Of a DNA stretch of 64,000 nt, positions 58,674 to 64,000 are shown piece after piece; the stretch's first letter is position 1, and each line of letters opens with the position of its first letter. This DNA comes from Camelus dromedarius. Its lineage: Eukaryota. Made by a program: the position numbers and the translations under genes. The stretch is taken from assembly GCF_036321535.1 (NCBI RefSeq), contig NC_087437.1:61320001-61384000 (forward strand), written 5' to 3'. Below the pieces are notes generated by a model. That model saw only the letters and a program-made list of their open reading frames with translations. It was not told the DNA's origin and searched no databases.

Positions 58674-59447
58674 ATCTCAGAGGGTTTCTTGAAAGCAAAA
58701 GAAAATTCCTTAATAGTCTGAAGGGGGTTGTTTCAGGGTGAGAGCTGTGTTTGGTTTCACAGAGTGCCTTTCATGGGATTCTCTTTATTTTTTTTTTCCT
58801 GACTGATGGCCTTTTGCCCTAGTTGTTCGACCCGTAACCAGGTGTCCCATGTTGCACGGAAATTGCAGGCAACCTAATGTCAATCTGGCCTATCCATGAC
58901 CAGTTTATGCTCTCATGGGAGTCTTGCTCTGAAAACAAAGTTTCTCATCAGGAGGTGGGAAGTACTCTTAGTAGTGTTTATTTGTTTGACCCATACCCAC
59001 TGATTATTTACTTATTTATTTACTCATTCATTCATTCATTTTTGCTCTCAAGAATCCCAAAGGAATTATACCAAAATTCTAGCATGCTCCCAATAAGAAA
59101 ACAAACGACTACTCACCAAAAAGGACAAATCCTTTAAACAGATTCCAAATAAAGTCATAAAGTCGGAGAGCTCAACCAAAGGGAGGGAGCTCAGAATCCA
59201 AGAGGAGACTCACCAAACTGCAAGTCATGAACAACTCATGGAAGTGATGAGCACAAGGGGTTCAGTGCAGGCACCTTGCTCAATTCCAAGAGTCATTGTC
59301 CTTTGAGGTCATTTCCTTTGAATCCAATTTCTGATGCCAAGGAATATTAACCTAAATAAAAAGATAAAATGAGGCAAGCTCAAAATTGTCAAAAAGATGA
59401 GTTTATTCCAGAATAGCAGAAGAACTGCAATTAAAAACATGCAAACT

Positions 59448-60014
59448 AGCAGCACTATTTACAATAGCCAAGACATGGAAACAACCTAAACGTCCATCGA
59501 CAGATGACTGGATAAAGAAGTTGTGGTATATTTATACAATGGAATACTATTCAGCCATAAAATGACAACATAATGCCATTTGCAGCAACATGAATGTCCC
59601 TGGAGAATGTCATTCTAAGTGAAGTAAGCTAGAAAGAGGAAGAAAAATACCATATGATATCACTTATATATGGAATCTAAAAAAGAAGAAGAAGAAGAAG
59701 AGGACAAATGAACTTAAATATAAAACAGAAACAGACTGATAGACATAGAATACGAACTTGTGGTTGCCAGAGGGGAGGAAGGTGGGAAGGGACAGGCTGG
59801 GAGTTTGAGATTTGTAGATACTGACAGGTATATATAGAATAGATAAACAAATATATACTATATAACACAGGGAATTATATTCAAGATCTTGTAGTAGCTC
59901 ATGGTGAAAAAGAATATGAAAACGAATATATGTATATTCATGTATGACTAAAATTGGGCTGTACACCAGAAATTGACACGACATTGTAAAATGACTATAA
60001 CTCAATAAAAAAAA
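59448..60014 (+). mobile_element. L1 3' end inserted in the ERV 5' LTR
   Basis: Perfect 15-bp TSD AAAAACATGCAAACT (59433-59447 / 60015-60029) at a TT|AAAAA endonuclease site; poly(A) tail. Confidence 0.92.
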
Positions 60015-62624
60015 AAAAACATGCAAACTGTAGCAAGCTACATTTAAGTCTGCTGAGGGGTTGGGGTAGCCTGTGTTTATGGGCAGGGAATGTATAGAGA
60101 GGATTCAGTTAGAGTCTCCTGAAATAAAAAACAGAGACCAGCTTTGAAAATTCCCCAAGCAGATGCAACCAGTCCAGTTATACAACAGAGCTCAAGTCAG
60201 TTCATTTTGTGAGACCATTTCTTCTTTATGCCTATGGAAACCATAAGCAGAATTTCTCAAGGTTGATATGAAGTCACCCCTGAACAACTCCCTATCATTT
60301 AAGAAAATACCAATATTATCAGTTTCTGTTAATGAGGCATTTATGAAAAATCAGTCTGTCAGTTTTTAAGTTTTGTTTCCCTTAAGTTATATCCTCAGGT
60401 TCCATTGTAGACTGAAATACTTTCATAGCACCTTCGCTTAGGGGAGCCTCAGTGTAATCATTGGGGAAAGAAGGAGAATGATTCTGGTCGACCCTCCCCA
60501 CAGCAGTACACTATGTGTAAGGTCAAAATGAGATTCAGATGCAAAAGCACTTGGGTTGGGACTATGTGAGGCCCCCGCAAGGTAATGGGGAAAGGAGACC
60601 AGCATTGTGACTCAGCTAAGGTCAGTGGCTCTGTGGCTGCCTTGCCTCACCCACCTCTGAGCCACGCAAATTCTGGCTGACACCATTCCCTCACCTGGAG
60701 GGTCCTTCCTGCAGCCCTCAGTGCACCCATATGACTCCATCTTCCTTTTAGGAAGAGATAGTGTCCCTCTGGTTTAGAATCAAAACTGTGTTCAGATCTG
60801 TGCCAGCCAGCCTGCTGCATGGTTTTGGTCTCAACAGCTCCACTCCACTTAGAATAAGTCCTAGATCCTTCAAATGGCTGATAAGACCTACATCTGTACT
60901 CCTTGAAGTGAGAGTCCTTTTCTGGCCACCTTCCTCAGCCTCACTTGGGGAAATAAATAAAAATGCAGGTGTTCTGGCTGAGGCTCAGTGGAGGGTGGGC
61001 TCCAGAGCTGGCCTTGGAAACAGCTCCCCCAGGAGATCCTTATGCCCATAGAGTTTGATTACCTGAAGGACCTGACTCCTACCCAGCTCTCTAGACTTGT
61101 TTCACTCATCCTTCCCCCTCAGCCCCAATCCCTCTGGCCTTCTTTCAGATCCCTGATTAGGCCCAGTTTCTACCTACCTCAGGGCCACATGCCTCCTTCC
61201 TGGGCACAAAGCCTGGCACCCCAACTCTGCCCCCCACGTGGGACAGAGGAGGGTTGGCCTGCATTCCTCCCAGTGCCCTCACTCCCACCCCTGATGGGCT
61301 TGTCAGGAAGATTCCAGGGCAGAAAGGCCCTTCAAAGTCCTGCCTCTTGGGCCAGGCACAGCCATTTGTCATCTGCGATGGGTCCTCTCACCAGCCCTCA
61401 AACCCCACCTGCCTTTCCTACCTTGACCTCTCCACCAGGATACTCTGTCACTGTGGGAAGACACTGAGTAGCAAGAGTGAAAAGCTGTGGAGAGAGACAG
61501 ACCTGCACTCTAATTCTGGCTCTGGTCCATGTTTGCTGCAAAATCCTGGACGAGTTACTAAACCTCTGAGCTACTCAGAGACATAGAGGTAGTTATCTGC
61601 ATGCAAATAATTTACTTACATGTATGAGGTGCAACAGCCAATACGCTGTTGTTAATGAACAAAAGCAAAACAGGATTTTTAAAAGAGGGGAGAGAAGAAA
61701 ATTTGCCTGGGAGCAGTGATTTTGTTTTTATTTTTATATATTCTTTGTCAATTGATAAGTAGGTGGCTGGGTGAGGGGCCCATTTAGGCAATCAGTCCTG
61801 ACCAGGCTGGCTGGCCCTTGGAAGGCAGCAATTTTCATTGTTTACAGATTCTCTGGGAAGCTTGAGAGTTTAGCGTGTGGTACAGAGGAGGGCAGACTCT
61901 GTGAGGTTCCCCGTGCCCCTCCCTTAGACTGGGTCCTCATCACTTTCTCATGGGAATCTCTGCTAGTAACTACCTCCCGGGGTTAGAATTGAGAAGGTTT
62001 TATGGGTCAGTTCCTGTAAACGTTAGAGCAGCGCACGAGAGTCTGCTATAATGCTTGTCTCAGAAATGCTAATTTGTTCCAGTGCGATTGATATATGAGG
62101 GAACAGTCTGAACCTACTGCAAATTTTACATTTGCTTATGAATGATGAGAAACGCTAAGTGAAAGCAGAAAACTGCACGCAGCTGAACCGAGCCACTGAG
62201 GAATACGAAAAACGCATACATGGCCACTCCGCAGACATCTCCAGCTTCCTCAGTTCACCACATGTGCTATGAGCCACATCCTTCCACATCTGGCATCAGA
62301 TAATTGATACCCTCCACCCTCCACTATAACACACAGCTGCCACGTCCAGGAGCCAACATCTTTTCCAACACCCGCATTCAGAAGCCAACCTCAAGTCTCT
62401 CTCAAGGCCAAGTGCCATACTTATTGTAGTAGTCGGGTATTTCTTAACCATTCAATGTGCAAAACCTTCCTACCATTTTTACTAGGTATATTTTTTATAT
62501 GTCACTGACAAAGTCTGAGTATTGTGTCCCAACCCCATTTTCCCCATAAGCCCTGTGACTTTTCAGTCCATGATTCTGCAGAGCACTGTGAATTTTAGGA
62601 AAGCGTATGTAGTGTTATAGCCAG

Positions 62625-62805
62625 CACCAGCCATGTAATTTGTGGGGCCTAATGTGAAATGAAAACGTGAGGCCCCTTGTGAAAAAAAATGAAAAAACTA
62701 AGAATTTCGAGATGATGGCAGCAGAGCTTTAAACCAAGCCCGGTGCCCTCCTAAGCCTGAGGCCCTGTCTGACCGCACAGGGACATACCCGTGAAGCCAG
62801 CTCTG
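62625..62805. mobile_element. MER45-like hAT element
   Basis: gtaatttgtggggcctaatgtgaaatgaaaacgtgaggcccc...cccgtgaagccagctctg. Confidence 0.6.
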
Positions 62806-63089
62806 GTTACAGTGGAACTGACTGTGCCAGCAGGTGGTAAGTACTTGATAAATGTTAGTTGTCATTTCTATTGTGGTTTCTTTAATATTTAAGCTATTTT
62901 TTACATTGTAAAGCAGAAATTCTATAAAGACCCAGGTATTTATTCATCCATTTGACAAATATATATTGAGAATCATTAGGGGTCAGGCACTGTGCTGGGC
63001 ACAGAGACCTGGGGGAAGGGAGTACAGGGCACTTGAGTGAGTCTCCCCAGTAAACCCAAGGGAGGAGAAAGAGCCAACAAGCTGAGCCA

Positions 63090-63745
63090 GTCAGACTTGG
63101 GGATCCCTCAGTCTTGGATGTTGGGAGATAAATCCCCATTGGTCTCTCACATTTCTGCAAGTCCCAGAAGCAGAGGTACTGGGGGGAGGGTATAGATCAA
63201 GTGGTGGAGTGCATTCTCAGCATGCACGAGGTCCTGGGTTCAATCCCCAGTACCTCCTCCAAATATAAATAAATTATTAAACCCAATTACCTCCACCCTC
63301 ATAAAAACAAAAGAAGCAGAAGTACTGACAGCCTTTTGTTCTACACTATCTTTTCAAGGGTGTTTATAAAGTGTGAACAGCCTTGGAAGACAGAGATAGT
63401 GTCTCCCTCAGGGACAAAAGGCAAATGTGTTTGCAGCCCAATATAATAACGATGATGTCTACCTCTGGGGAAAGTTTGGGAAGGTTTTCTTGCAGTCCCT
63501 TAAAAAGATTGGGGTTTCCCTAAAGTAAGGGTTCCTCGGCTTTGATGCAAATCCATTGTGTCCCAGAATCCACTTGGGCCTGCCTCTGCATCGCCCTATG
63601 GGACTTCGGAGACAAGGGAAGCCAATGTGAACATGAAGGTCAGGTTCCCCACTGCACCTGGAGTCACAAAGTCCTTTGTCTATGATGCATGAGTTTCCTG
63701 TCTTCTGCCTAAATCCATGAAAGTATGGCAGACCCTTCACAGTTT
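63090..63745 (+). mobile_element. MER21/MER77-like LTR interrupted by a SINE
   Basis: ctatcttttcaagggtgttt...gaacagccttggaagacagagatagtgtctccct...aaagtcctttgtct; boundaries approximate. Confidence 0.65.
63181..63311 (+). mobile_element. tRNA-Ala-derived SINE (vic-1 type) with 15-bp TSD
   Basis: TSD AGAAGCAGAGGTACT (63166-63180) / AGAAGCAGAAGTACT (63312-63326). Confidence 0.9.
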
Positions 63746-64000
63746 TGGACATCAGGTAGGTCTATCTTTTCAGCTCAGTAAATGGAATGTAAAGTCATGG
63801 TGCACAGGCCAGTCCAGGAGGGACCAGGAGGAGAGGCAAGGCTGGGGCCCTGGGCACCTAGGAAACCCCCTAGCAGGAGGGCAGGTGAGGAAGCTATGGT
63901 TGGTTTGCCTGGGGGGATAGAAAGAGCCTCAGCAAAGACCTGATGAATAAGCTTCAGTCAAACCCTGAGGCACTGTGAGGACCAGTCAGGCAGAGTGGGA

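Larger units (their letters stand above)
55368..60427 (-). mobile_element. Decayed ERV1-like provirus: 3' LTR 55368-55829, 5' LTR 59345-60427, gag remnant, no recognisable pol/env
   Basis: Two homologous direct repeats; PPT AAAAGAGGAAAA (55830-55841) abutting TG; tRNA-Leu-like PBS at 59322-59339; gag-like peptides. Confidence 0.88.

Noticed and set aside
63181..63260. tRNA-Ala(AGC) genes (also the other four copies)
   Set aside because: They have SINE tails, TSDs and stem-breaking substitutions; these are retroposed SINEs.
27000..64000. MUC4 or another neighbouring gene
   Set aside because: MUC4 is the expected downstream neighbour by recalled synteny, but I see no mucin exon or Ser/Thr tandem-repeat ORF in the window.

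Overview
Mammalian genomic DNA, very probably a camelid, judged from five tRNA-Ala-derived SINEs of the vic-1 type. Positions ~300-26,660 carry TNK2 (ACK1 non-receptor tyrosine kinase) on the + strand. I traced two alternative first exons and 15 downstream coding exons with GT-AG junctions and consistent phases. The CDS from ATG 7308 to TGA 25864 is 3159 nt (1052 aa) with the 45-nt cassette exon, or 1037 aa without it. AATAAA lies at 26633. The remaining ~37 kb has no protein-coding gene I can recognise. It is repeat-rich (L1 3' ends with target-site duplications, L2/MIR, hAT/MER elements, MaLR/ERV LTRs) and includes a decayed two-LTR, gag-only ERV1-like provirus (55,368-60,427, - strand). The most unusual unexplained structure is a 208-bp, ~93% identical inverted repeat (37,114-37,321 / 37,982-38,189) whose arms each carry an inward-pointing splice donor. 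Other candidates are a disrupted upstream first-exon ORF, a stop-free in-frame intron, a mirtron-like hairpin, an internal promoter for a kinase-less isoform and a convergent CTCF motif pair. I do not see convincing evidence of a wholly new biological system. Repeat subfamily names and human-isoform comparisons are from memory and need database confirmation.
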